64,000 nucleotides of DNA, taken from positions 1-64,000 of the IMG/VR virus record IMGVR_UViG_3300028832_000102, one strand, 5' to 3'. Shown here one piece after another: positions 38,151-47,518 of this stretch; the first letter of the stretch is position 1, and every line of letters starts with the position of its first letter. Made by a program: the position numbers and the translations under genes. The notes below the pieces were generated by a model. That model saw nothing but the letters and a program-made list of their open reading frames with translations. It was not told the origin of the DNA and made no database searches. The DNA is from a virus. Lineage: Duplodnaviria > Caudoviricetes.

Positions 38151-38495
38151 TTATAATTCGTTCAAAACCCTGTGCGGGATACTCAGCATCAGGCATAGAT
38201 GCCCCTCGATACGCTCACGCACCACCGTATCCAGCACATTCGTAATGTCATAGATACACTCACCGCAGCGCATACGCTCAAACAGTTCATCCCATTTCAA
38301 GTCAGGTTTAATCTCCGAGCCAATAAGGTTGTCCTTTGGATAGTTCTCCACATACCAGTCACGCACGGGTTTCTCGTTCTTCAGGTGGTTGCCCGCCTTA
38401 TCCAGCACCCCGTTAATGGTCGTATAATGATACTCCAGCACGTGGTCCAAATCGTAGGTCACAGTCACCTTTTTCACACGAATCTTCTTCTTCAT
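38151..38495 (-). CDS. Hypothetical protein (114 aa)
   Basis: ACGACTATG start. Confidence 0.65.
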   Translation of the reverse strand: MKKKIRVKKVTVTYDLDHVLEYHYTTINGVLDKAGNHLKNEKPVRDWYVENYPKDNLIGSEIKPDLKWDELFERMRCGECIYDITNVLDTVVRERIEGHLCLMLSIPHRVLNEL

Positions 38496-38533
38496 AGTCG
38501 TCACACTTTATAATTTTTTCTCTCTTCTTCCAT

Positions 38534-38606
38534 AGCGGGACCTGTTATGTTTTAGAAACACTCCGCAGAGAATCGAGGACCGTTTCTAAAACACAACAGT
38601 CACGCT
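38534..38606 (-). ncRNA. 3' UTR structured motif, copy 2
   Basis: Same core as the 17365 copy with a different but complementary outer stem. Confidence 0.55.
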
Positions 38607-38608
38607 CC

Positions 38609-38725
38609 CTACGCCGCCTTACGCACGAAGATAGGCACCAGCTCCAGCGCCTCCTGGTTAGTCACGTGATACGCTGCTGCGATAGCCTTGCGCACTTTGT
38701 TCATTCTGATAGTTCTTGCTTTCAT
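38609..38725 (-). CDS. Small basic peptide (38 aa)
   Basis: MKARTIRMNKVRKAIAAAYHVTNQEALELVPIFVRKAA; ACGACTATG start. Confidence 0.55.
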   Translation of the reverse strand: MKARTIRMNKVRKAIAAAYHVTNQEALELVPIFVRKAA

Positions 38726-38743
38726 AGTCGTATAATTTTTTAG

Positions 38744-39235
38744 TTAATAACCAAAATCAATCACCGCACCGAAATAGAGTTTATCACCCTCTTTCATGTG
38801 CTCAGCAACATAGAGCACCAGCTCACTCATAGGATGAGCGAACTTACCCGCCCACTCCTCGATAACCACACGGTCCCAAGTGTCCAGATGCGTGAGGTTT
38901 ACATAGTCGATAAGCGCAGTACGCAAAAAGCTCCGCTGTACGCTCTCCACCGTGATAGCCTGTGCCTTTTCGTGGATGCCGTCCACCCACTTCCGCTTGA
39001 ACGCCTGCATAGCTTCCTCACCCTTATAGACAAGGCAGTCCTTGCCCGCAGGCTCGAAGATGTCGCTCAACTTCCTGGTCAGGTAGCCGATATCATCCTC
39101 GCGCTCTTCGCCCTCCTCCGCGTCGTCTATATATTCCGCGTAGTCTTCGTGGTTCTCATAGAAGTCTTCAGGCTTCACATATTTGTCCTTACTGATTGGC
39201 TTAGTAGCCAACTGATAAATCTTTCCGTGACTCAT
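38744..39235 (-). CDS. Hypothetical protein (163 aa)
   Basis: ACGACTATG start. Confidence 0.7.
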   Translation of the reverse strand: MSHGKIYQLATKPISKDKYVKPEDFYENHEDYAEYIDDAEEGEEREDDIGYLTRKLSDIFEPAGKDCLVYKGEEAMQAFKRKWVDGIHEKAQAITVESVQRSFLRTALIDYVNLTHLDTWDRVVIEEWAGKFAHPMSELVLYVAEHMKEGDKLYFGAVIDFGY

Positions 39236-39254
39236 AGTCGTATTGTTTTAAGTG

Positions 39255-39506
39255 TTACTTCTTGCCGTGACGACGCTGATAGATTTTCCTGGCTGTCTTC
39301 TTGTCATGCGCCATAATCGCCTCGCCATTGATAACAAACTCGCGCTCCGACAGGTCCACAGGGTTCAGCCTGTGGGCACGCTCGCACTGATACTCCTCAT
39401 AGCGTTTCCGCTGCTGCTCAGTCATCTTGGGCCTGCCCAACAAGAAATGGCGGTCACTTGCCATAGCCATAGCCATAGCCATATAGGGATAAAATTTCTT
39501 GTGCAT
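39255..39506 (-). CDS. Hypothetical protein (83 aa)
   Basis: ACGACTATG start. Confidence 0.65.
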   Translation of the reverse strand: MHKKFYPYMAMAMAMASDRHFLLGRPKMTEQQRKRYEEYQCERAHRLNPVDLSEREFVINGEAIMAHDKKTARKIYQRRHGKK

Positions 39507-39518
39507 AGTCGTAATGTT

Positions 39519-39701
39519 TTAAGCCAATGAATAGGTGCGGTAAACACCAATACCCGAATCCACAAACTGGCGCCCAATCCTGCGCGCCTGGTTGCGCAGA
39601 TAAGACGCTGCGCCGTCAGTGACACGGCACGCCGCGATAGTCTCGCCGCTCAGCAACCTTTGCCAAGCCTCGAACATAGATAGAAAATTCTTCCGTTTCA
39701 T
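39519..39701 (-). CDS. Small hypothetical protein (60 aa)
   Basis: ORF track. Confidence 0.5.
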   Translation of the reverse strand: MKRKNFLSMFEAWQRLLSGETIAACRVTDGAASYLRNQARRIGRQFVDSGIGVYRTYSLA

Positions 39702-39704
39702 ACC

Positions 39705-40061
39705 TCACGCTGCTTTACGTTCTTCCCTCGCCCGTTTCTGCGATAGCGAGATGATAAAGTCCACAAACTCACCATGCCACGGATCGCCCGCACGACGATT
39801 CATAAACATGTCATACCAGTCCTCGCAATAGCACAGCTCATAGCCCGACATCCACCGCCCGTTCTCGAACAGCTTCACGTCCATAGGCGCATACTGACCC
39901 GCCAGCGCAAACTGGTCCTGGGCATACTTCTCGTACCATGCCCGCATAGCCCGCTGCACATGACTCTGATCCTGCTCATCACTAAACAGATAGTGATACA
40001 CCGTCTCAGTCCTAGGGAACGAGATTTGCACCATGATTCCCACCTCAATATCTCTTGCCAT
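39705..40061 (-). CDS. Hypothetical protein (118 aa)
   Basis: ORF in the early operon. Confidence 0.65.
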   Translation of the reverse strand: MARDIEVGIMVQISFPRTETVYHYLFSDEQDQSHVQRAMRAWYEKYAQDQFALAGQYAPMDVKLFENGRWMSGYELCYCEDWYDMFMNRRAGDPWHGEFVDFIISLSQKRAREERKAA

Positions 40062-40064
40062 AGT

Positions 40065-40613
40065 TCAGTCCTCCAACTTATAAAGTACGATACTCTGGTT
40101 CATCAGCGGCTCGTCTCCGTCGCGCTCCAGCGCCAGCTCATAGTCAGGCTCTGGCACGCTCATGCTCCACTGCCCCAGCGGGTTCACGCCGTCCTCGTCC
40201 GTATAGACATAGAGCCACTTGCCAGCGAAGCGAAGCACGCCCACGGTGCCCCACTCATAGTGCGAGTTGTCGATATCCTCGCATACGCCCCAATGGCAGT
40301 TGTCGATACCGCTACGCTGAATAGCATCGAATAGGCTGAATATCTTCTCCTTCCACGCTTTCGATATCTGCTTCTCATAGATACGCATCGTGTCGCCCAT
40401 GTTGTGCTGCTCATAGGTCATGATATAGCGGTCGTCCTGCTCTAACACGTCGCCATGCACGCGCTCCTCCACAGGCTCGCATAGCGCCTTGGGGAAGTTT
40501 TTGCGGATAAACTCCACGAAGTCATCAAGTCCACCCTCGTAGTTATAGAAGGCGTTACTCAACTGCTCACTAAAATCCATGGTGTCCTCCACCAAAACAA
40601 TAACCTTTGCCAT
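40065..40613 (-). CDS. Hypothetical acidic protein (182 aa)
   Basis: ORF in the early operon. Confidence 0.7.
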   Translation of the reverse strand: MAKVIVLVEDTMDFSEQLSNAFYNYEGGLDDFVEFIRKNFPKALCEPVEERVHGDVLEQDDRYIMTYEQHNMGDTMRIYEKQISKAWKEKIFSLFDAIQRSGIDNCHWGVCEDIDNSHYEWGTVGVLRFAGKWLYVYTDEDGVNPLGQWSMSVPEPDYELALERDGDEPLMNQSIVLYKLED

Positions 40614-40628
40614 AGTCCTTTCCTCCCA

Positions 40629-40910
40629 TTAATTCAATCCTAAAAACCTGCGGTTCGTCTTACGGTCGAACCACTTGCTGATAGCGATGTACAGCAGTTC
40701 CACACTCACAGGCACCGCGAACATCACGGGCACACCGATAGCCAACCTCACCCAGCCCGACGTTCCCGCTGGTATCACCTCGCCCAGGAACACAGCCGTA
40801 ACATACCACACACCTATCACGATAGCGAAACCCGCTATCATCCACACAAAGCGCAGCATATAGATAGCCAACTTTTTCATAACCTTTTTCGTTTTAGTCC
40901 ATACACTCAT
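40629..40910 (-). CDS. Two-helix membrane protein (~93 aa)
   Basis: Two hydrophobic segments. Confidence 0.6.
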   Translation of the reverse strand: MSVWTKTKKVMKKLAIYMLRFVWMIAGFAIVIGVWYVTAVFLGEVIPAGTSGWVRLAIGVPVMFAVPVSVELLYIAISKWFDRKTNRRFLGLN

Positions 40911-40917
40911 TTCTATT

Positions 40918-41151
40918 TCAGGCTAAGTCTCCGTCGAACGGGTCCCATGTATAGTTCAACTCATGCGCCATGTCCTGCACAGCCATTTTGCCAATCTCGT
41001 CCACCATAGGCGCAGCCAACACACTCGCTGCCATAGCCACGATAATTGCACTACCCTTAGTGCAGCGGATAGTCTCAGGAGTCTTCTCCCACAACTTCTT
41101 ATACATTGCCTTGACGCTCTTTGCTGAGCGCATAGTTATAACCTTTGCCAT
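40918..41151 (-). CDS. Hypothetical protein (77 aa)
   Basis: ACAACTATG start at 41151. Confidence 0.55.
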   Translation of the reverse strand: MAKVITMRSAKSVKAMYKKLWEKTPETIRCTKGSAIIVAMAASVLAAPMVDEIGKMAVQDMAHELNYTWDPFDGDLA

Positions 41152-41191
41152 AGTTGTAAATTTTTGAATTGTTAAAACATTTTTCCAAATT

Positions 41192-41416
41192 TCACGCCGC
41201 CTGCCCATAGCTCCGCCCGTCACGATGGCGGATAGAGCCATACTTCGTGCCCACCTTGCGCTCCTCACCGAACACGCCCAGGATAGCGCACATCATCACG
41301 CCTACACACATATAGACCACTGTGCACGCCTTAAAGCCCGCACCATGCTGTGCCATTACCAGCACCATACCCGTAGCCACGATAATGGCTACCATGATTT
41401 TCACGAAAGTTCTCAT
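41192..41416 (-). CDS. Small membrane protein (74 aa)
   Basis: Two hydrophobic segments; ACGACTATG start. Confidence 0.6.
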   Translation of the reverse strand: MRTFVKIMVAIIVATGMVLVMAQHGAGFKACTVVYMCVGVMMCAILGVFGEERKVGTKYGSIRHRDGRSYGQAA

Positions 41417-41595
41417 AGTCGTATAGTTTTAGATTAGTCACTTTATTTCGTCGGCATAGTCTGCCGTCTGTTCTCCAAAATTCCAGTCCACCTCGTCCAG
41501 GCGATCACGCACCATAGAGACAGCCTCTTTTGCACTCTCTGCCTCCACCTCCATGTACCCGTTATAGATGCGGGTACACGTTACTCCAAACTTCT

Positions 41596-41850
41596 TCATA
41601 AATTCTCCTCCAGATGTTTTAGCAGTTCCTTTTCGTTATAGTTCTCGATATTCTCCACATAGAAGAAAATCTTCTCGTCGATAGCCGTCGCTTCGCTGTC
41701 CCACGGTTCTTCGCCATAGGCATCTTCCAGCGCCTTGTCGGCTACGTTCACGCTCCCGTAGCACTCATCCTCCCACGACGGGATAGAGCGTATGTCGAGC
41801 GTGCGGACAGAATAGTCCACACCCTTAAAGGGGATAGTCCAATTATCCAT
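41596..41850 (-). CDS. Small acidic protein (84 aa)
   Basis: AAAACTATG start. Confidence 0.55.
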   Translation of the reverse strand: MDNWTIPFKGVDYSVRTLDIRSIPSWEDECYGSVNVADKALEDAYGEEPWDSEATAIDEKIFFYVENIENYNEKELLKHLEENL

Positions 41851-42088
41851 AGTTTTGTCCTCCCGATAGTTAAGTTTACAAACCACTTCATACTTTTCAC
41901 TTGATTGTCCTTCACGATAGCGTAACCCTCGCAGCCTGCGAGACGCGCGGCTTTAGCCACTTCCTGCTCCGTGTAGTCACTTGGCATTTTCTCCTTGCCC
42001 CAGGTACTTGTGTCCGCCATACGTTTCCGTGAGTGGAAATAGATGGCATAGGTTCCGATGAATCCTTGCATAGTTCTGCTCTCCACGA

Positions 42089-42385
42089 TTATAGTTCAAC
42101 TTCTTTCAAGTTATGCCACCACTTCAACCACTCAGCGGTACCCTCGTCATCGCCTTCTGCCAAGTCGTCGAACTCGCGATAGTCTATAAGGATTTTGCAC
42201 CACTCCATCATAGACTTGATTTTGCGCTGCTTGTCCTGTAACTTCAGATACTCTGGATTACTCTCGGGTACGTGATAGCGCTTCATTATGCGGATAGCCG
42301 CATTGAGATCGCCCAGGCGGGCATACTGAGCCTTACGCAGTTCTTCGTTCTCTGCTAATAGCTCGATATACTTCTTGGTAGTCAT
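42089..42385 (-). CDS. Hypothetical protein (98 aa)
   Basis: Likely start MTTKKY at 42385. Confidence 0.55.
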   Translation of the reverse strand: MTTKKYIELLAENEELRKAQYARLGDLNAAIRIMKRYHVPESNPEYLKLQDKQRKIKSMMEWCKILIDYREFDDLAEGDDEGTAEWLKWWHNLKEVEL

Positions 42386-42502
42386 TGCTTTGTCCTCCCA
42401 CGATAGAAAGAAATTTGCCACACAATTTGCAGGTGTGGCTTCTGCTAGCCAATCTAATAGGGAGTCAGGCTGTAACTCCCGTCCGTCTCGCGGACTTGCA
42501 TA

Positions 42503-42576
42503 GCAGGGGAGGCGGGACTCGAACCCGACATGGCACGCGATAAGCATGCCAGTAGTCCATTGCTACTGTCTCCCCC
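42503..42576 (-). ncRNA. tRNA-like element 1 (non-canonical)
   Basis: Acceptor-like GGGGAG/CTCCCC, T-arm CGGGTTCGAGTCCCG, over-long anticodon-like stem. Confidence 0.5.
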
Positions 42577-43578
42577 TAATCCGTCTCTTGCGTAGTGCAT
42601 AGGCTCGGATTAATTTGCTTGAACACATGAGGCGTGATAGAATCAAGAAGTAGTGCAGGGGCACACTGATAGTTATGCCCCGCACTACACCTGCGTGATA
42701 GGGAACTATCCAATGATAGTGGCCTTCAACAGGATAGGCTCAGCCTCCTGCTCACCTGCGAAAACATCGTCACAGATAGGAGCTTCGGGCACAATCTTGA
42801 CCGTATTCATGGCTCAATAGTGTTAAAGCGTTAGAGAAATGAATCAACATAGTCAGTCGTGCAGGTGCAGCCCGCCACCTACTGCATTTTTCCGCGATAG
42901 TACCTGCCGACGTCGATAAGAGATAGATAGTATAATTCACTCCGAATAGCGTCACTTCCCGCGCCTTGCGTGCATGCGGCGCATACGTCCTGTCACGCAT
43001 AGAACATCATTCCGATAACGCTACTCACCACGCACTCCATACCCTCTCGGGCGTGGCGATAGTGGAGTTTCCTCGCTCTCATGTCCGTCTATCATATAGC
43101 ATCTCTCAGCCCGTTAGGACTGAAAATCCGACACCCATAGCATAGTCGTCTTGTGGGGGTACGGTAGTGCCTACGACGTCGCATAAAGCATCGCCGTAGG
43201 CTATCTACACTCGTACAAAAGTCTTATCATGGAACAATAGTGGGTTGGTGCCCACGTGATACCAGATAGTGCAGCAACACGGATTACCTTTCCCTGCGCG
43301 TTAAGCCGTAGCAACGCGGTACTCGTACATGCTCAGCCGCACAATAGCCTCTTACGCCCATACTGACGTGATAGCGTCACGTTCCTCGCGCGCCATAGAC
43401 GATCCCATAGTACACACTCCATGCTCGGTTACTCTCGGTGGTGCAATAGACTCAGCTATCACCTTGGTCATGGCAATCCACCTGATAGATGCCTGCGCGT
43501 GATAGGAGCACATACATTGCCCGTCCATAGTTGTCTGGTCATAGACTCTACACGTCATAGTCTGTCTCGTAAATCTTG

Positions 43579-43670
43579 CGCCCATAACCGGAGTCGAACC
43601 GATAGAGAGTTGCATCCCGCCACCTGATGCTTTTATCCGCGATAGTACTCCCTGCCGCGTTAATATGGGC
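43579..43670 (-). ncRNA. tRNA-like element 2 (non-canonical)
   Basis: Acceptor-like GCCCATA/TATGGGC, T-arm CGGTTCGACTCCG. Confidence 0.45.
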
Positions 43671-43681
43671 TGCCTATAGAG

Positions 43682-43984
43682 TTACACGAACGATCTGCCT
43701 TTGCAATAGACCGTGATGTAGCTATTTTCAAACCTGTGCGTACGATAGACCTGACGCTCACACTTCGTGATAGTAGCCTGCGGCTTCTTCTTAAAGCGTT
43801 TCGTCTTGCACTCGCGCACGATGCGATAGCGCTTGGTGTCCTGTAACTTGAAATACGCTTCACGACTTGCTTTCTCACGTCGATAGTTACGCATAGCCTC
43901 GGCGAACTCCTCGCGCTCGCGTTCTGCTTGCTGCGCACGCTCGATAAGCGCACGCTGCCGCTCATAATAGATGTCATGTTCCAT
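43682..43984 (-). CDS. Basic hypothetical protein (100 aa)
   Basis: ORF track. Confidence 0.55.
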   Translation of the reverse strand: MEHDIYYERQRALIERAQQAEREREEFAEAMRNYRREKASREAYFKLQDTKRYRIVRECKTKRFKKKPQATITKCERQVYRTHRFENSYITVYCKGRSFV

Positions 43985-44043
43985 TATGTTTTCCGTAGTT
44001 TAAATTGTCTTTCTTATCTGCGTATAGAGTGTTCTCACCCGAT

Positions 44044-44119
44044 AGCCCCCAAGGTGGGAGTCGAACCCACCTGGCGCACGCGATAGCGATTGCCTTTCCC
44101 GAAATTTCACATGGGGAGC
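44044..44119 (-). ncRNA. tRNA-like element 3 (non-canonical)
   Basis: CCCCA/TGGGG closing stem, T-arm GTGGGTTCGACTCCCAC. Confidence 0.45.
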
Positions 44120-44130
44120 CTCGCGATAGA

Positions 44131-44778
44131 TTAGATGTTAGCGTCCTCGACGCGTACCTTAGTCTTCACGAGTTTTCCGTCACGATTCTGAACGATATAG
44201 AGGTCGCCCTTCTTCAGTTCTTCCCACTTCTCCGCACTCGCGGTAGCGCGCTTCTTCTCGTTCTCGATGTCACGGCTCTGCTCGAGCACTTTCATGAGGA
44301 GCTTAGGACCCCATCCGTACTCGCTGATAAGACACTTGCGGTAGAGCTTGATAGGCTTGCCTGCCTCGCCCTTAATCTTCTTGTCGGCTTCCTCACTCGT
44401 ATAGAGCGACTCTTCCTTTGTTCCGTTAGCGTCATTGTCAACAGTCACCTTAACATTACGCTCGAAGTAGGCATAGTTAGCCTTAACCTTACCATCAGAG
44501 CCGATAACCTTGAGGTCGGCATCGGTAGCATCATTGTACATTCCTACTGTGTACCCCAGGATAACGCCCTTAGAGGTCATCTTAGGCAATAGTCCGTACT
44601 TAGCAACCTGCTGATACTTCTGCAACTTGTAGATAGTCACGTTGCCATCCTTGTCGACTGACTCGAGCTGCTTCTTCAGGTCGTTAGATAACGCCTTAAG
44701 TTGCGCCTGCTTAGTGCATGAATTGTTAATCACTGCTTGGTTCAGTCTCTTCTCGTTAGCTTTTTCTTGCTGTGTCAT
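44131..44778 (-). CDS. Lys-rich hypothetical protein, first gene of the early operon (215 aa)
   Basis: ACAACTATG start at 44778. Confidence 0.75.
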   Translation of the reverse strand: MTQQEKANEKRLNQAVINNSCTKQAQLKALSNDLKKQLESVDKDGNVTIYKLQKYQQVAKYGLLPKMTSKGVILGYTVGMYNDATDADLKVIGSDGKVKANYAYFERNVKVTVDNDANGTKEESLYTSEEADKKIKGEAGKPIKLYRKCLISEYGWGPKLLMKVLEQSRDIENEKKRATASAEKWEELKKGDLYIVQNRDGKLVKTKVRVEDANI

Positions 44779-45199
44779 AGTTGTAAAATTTTTGAAGTTT
44801 GACATTAAGAAATCTGCAATAAGTGCATTGTGGGTGAGTAGGGATTCGAACCCATACACACTCCGTCCACACTTTACGAGATAGATAGACAGACTCCTTG
44901 CCATCGCCTCTCCCGCTTACGGGTTGGTGCCAACTATTGCAGAGGCGAATCCCCACACACAAGGGTACACAATACGCTGCCATTCCGAAGCACTCACGTG
45001 CCAAACACGCATTGGGGCATTTTCATAGGTAGGCGCAAATATGGGCATACGGGTGTTTCCTTTGCAAGTGCGTACGAGGGCATACGGGTGTTTCCACGTA
45101 CCTCTACCTAAATGTATGTAAATTCATCAAAGACCGCTGTTTCTGTTTCCGTTCTTGTTTCTGTATCCGTTGTTGTTCCGTTGTTGTTTGGAACTGATG

Positions 45200-45230
45200 C
45201 AAAGATACGAAAAATATCTTTTTTTCCAAA
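45200..45230 (-). promoter_or_regulatory. Bacteroidota housekeeping promoter for the leftward early operon
   Basis: TTTG-N19-TATCTTTG on the minus strand. Confidence 0.65.
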
Positions 45231-45641
45231 CAATATGCGAACTTTTTTTGGAGAAAAACACAATTTGCCATGAAATTCTTAGAAAAGGTACACGCGAGGA
45301 AAATTGCACATTTTGCCATGTTTTGTGCAATTTTCGGGTGCTCGTTTTCCACCTTTGCGGAGCATATTTGCACCCAAACTGGAAAACCCCGCACCCACTC
45401 CACCGATCGAGCGAGGCGCGGGGTCGATTCTTTGTTTTCGAAAAAAAAATAAAAAAAAAACGGTGAATATATTTATACAATAATAGCTACAAACAAAAAA
45501 ACAACCTGAGAAACAGAGGCTGCGCCCAGATTGCTTAATTAATTATTTGTAACTATAAAACTACGTATTGCTGTTTATCGCTCCGTGATTTAACATTTCA
45601 ACTGTTAAATACCTATTCCGTTTTAATAATTAAAAAACAGA

Positions 45642-46163
45642 CTATACCTTATTATTATCTATGACAATTTCATAATATTCCAGTACACTGGCAATGGCTA
45701 TGAGTTCATCGTTCAGTCGGTCTGCATCCTCGCGCGATATATGTCCGTAGGTCTGATGACTCACGCTGGCTAGGCGCGCCTTGCACTTCTGCGCGTTCCA
45801 TCCCAGCAGGCGCAGGGTGAGCGCACGCATATTAAAGAAGCGGCCCATACCCTCCTTAATCTGTTCTACCACAGCAGGATCGTAAACCTTGCCGCAACGG
45901 TTGGCAAACGTCTGTTCGCTGCCAAAGGTGAGCAGGCAGCCGCGCAGATCGGCGGCCATAAGAGGCAGAGCGTTGTTAATCTTCTGGATATTGGTCTCGG
46001 TAAACTGCAGGGGATTGCCGTGGCGACGGGGCTCATGCCTGAAACATGCACGCACGATGCTTTCACCGACGCCCATATACTGGCTAATCACAGCAGCCAT
46101 CATGTTATGCTCCTGCATAAACTGATACAGCTTGTCGGGCGATACTTTCATCTTCTGTCTCAT
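45642..46163 (-). CDS. Putative DNA-binding regulator (173 aa)
   Basis: AAVISQYMGVGESIVRACF resembles a helix-turn-helix; own promoter near 46199. Confidence 0.5.
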   Translation of the reverse strand: MRQKMKVSPDKLYQFMQEHNMMAAVISQYMGVGESIVRACFRHEPRRHGNPLQFTETNIQKINNALPLMAADLRGCLLTFGSEQTFANRCGKVYDPAVVEQIKEGMGRFFNMRALTLRLLGWNAQKCKARLASVSHQTYGHISREDADRLNDELIAIASVLEYYEIVIDNNKV

Positions 46164-46404
46164 AATACATTCAAATAATCGTTGTAGCTATTCATTGGCA
46201 AAGATATATCTTTTTTCTCAAACAACAAAATCACTTAACATTATTTGTCTTTTTTCGCAAACGCAAGAGGGATGAGGGAAAATGTAAGAGGGAAGATGTA
46301 AGATAAAGTAAGATGTCTGAAGTAAGAGGAAAGCCGTCAGCCCTCTTCCATCAGACATCTCTTCACACGTTATTCACATCATATTGGGGAACCGTCCCCG
46401 TGTG

Positions 46405-46872
46405 TTACTCGATGCCGCCCTGGCCGTCGCCTGAGCCGCCTTGGTCGCCAGTACCGGTACCAGAGCCGCCGGTATTCTCGGGCTCCTCGGCATCGTCCTC
46501 GTCGGTGATCAGCTTCACGCTCATCTGCTCCACAATCTGGCGCATCTTCTTAGAGGCACGATACAACACACGCTTCTTCACCACCTTCACGTCGTCGGCC
46601 TCGTCGGCTGCCTTGGTGCTGATGGCGGGCGACACGGTGCCGATGCCGATGTCAACACTGCGGCCGTCCTGAATGGCATCCTCGATGGCCGGCACCATGT
46701 ACTTCAGCACCATCTCGCAGGTGGCCTGGCGGATACCAGTCTCGTGGCTGATCTCCTTGGCCAGTCGCTCCAGGGTGAAGGGGTCGGCCAGACGGCGACG
46801 ACCCACAAACTTGGTTTCCTTGTCTTTGCCAAACCCTATCTTGGTTTGGACTTTCTCCATGTGTAAACTCAT
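46405..46872 (-). CDS. Bacteroidales HU-family DNA-binding protein (155 aa)
   Basis: LAKEISHETGI..DGRSVDIGIGTVSP fold with a Gly-rich acidic tail. Confidence 0.8.
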   Translation of the reverse strand: MSLHMEKVQTKIGFGKDKETKFVGRRRLADPFTLERLAKEISHETGIRQATCEMVLKYMVPAIEDAIQDGRSVDIGIGTVSPAISTKAADEADDVKVVKKRVLYRASKKMRQIVEQMSVKLITDEDDAEEPENTGGSGTGTGDQGGSGDGQGGIE

Positions 46873-46997
46873 AATGGTTGATTAATTTAGTTAATAACTA
46901 CAAATTGGCTGACCTGAATGATACAGCCAGGTTTAAAGACACAATCGCTCGGCATCCCGAAGGGTGACGCTTTTACAAAGCGAAGCGACTAAAAGAA

Positions 46998-47452
46998 CAG
47001 ATTCTTTTTTAAACAAAAACAGAAAAAAACACTTTTGGATGTTTGTGGCTCCTGCAGAGCCCCATGTGCTAAGTGCTATGCCTTTGCCTCTAAGAGCGAG
47101 CTCTTCCATCAAAGCCCTACCCTTTATCACGATAACTGTCGTTATCACAAACAGCCAAAAGCAAAAACAACGCTGCGCTAAAAAATCATCAGACCTCAGA
47201 CATCAGACCTCAGACATCATACATCAGACATCATACATCAGACATCATACATCGGTATCCTCTGTTTTTTAGATTGTGACAACAATCGTTGTTTTTGCTT
47301 TTCTGATGATGCTACCAGTAGGGGTGATGTTGTAGACGGAGGGCGGGGCTGGGAGCTTGCTCACAAGCATAGGCATACGGCTGCAACATCAAAGGCACGG
47401 CGAGTGCCTGCATCGGCAGAAAAGTTTTTTTTATTGTTTTTTTCTTCTTCAT
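46998..47452. repeat. Duplicated segment, copy 1 (copy 2 at 49918-50198), including a CATCAGA heptamer array
   Basis: Near-identical blocks such as gtatcctctgttttttagattgtgacaacaatcgttgtttttgcttttctgatgat. Confidence 0.85.
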
Positions 47453-47518
47453 GACATTGGTTGATTAATTTAGTTATCCTAAACAAAAATTGTTCGGCAG
47501 ATTGACATACTCCCACGT

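Noticed and set aside
42503-44872. Functional tRNA genes
   Set aside because: T-arms are good but D-arms and anticodon arms are non-canonical; reported as tRNA-like only
45104-45480. ORFs of 99-117 aa in the AT-rich control region
   Set aside because: Low-complexity translations overlapping promoter and poly-A tracts; probably non-coding
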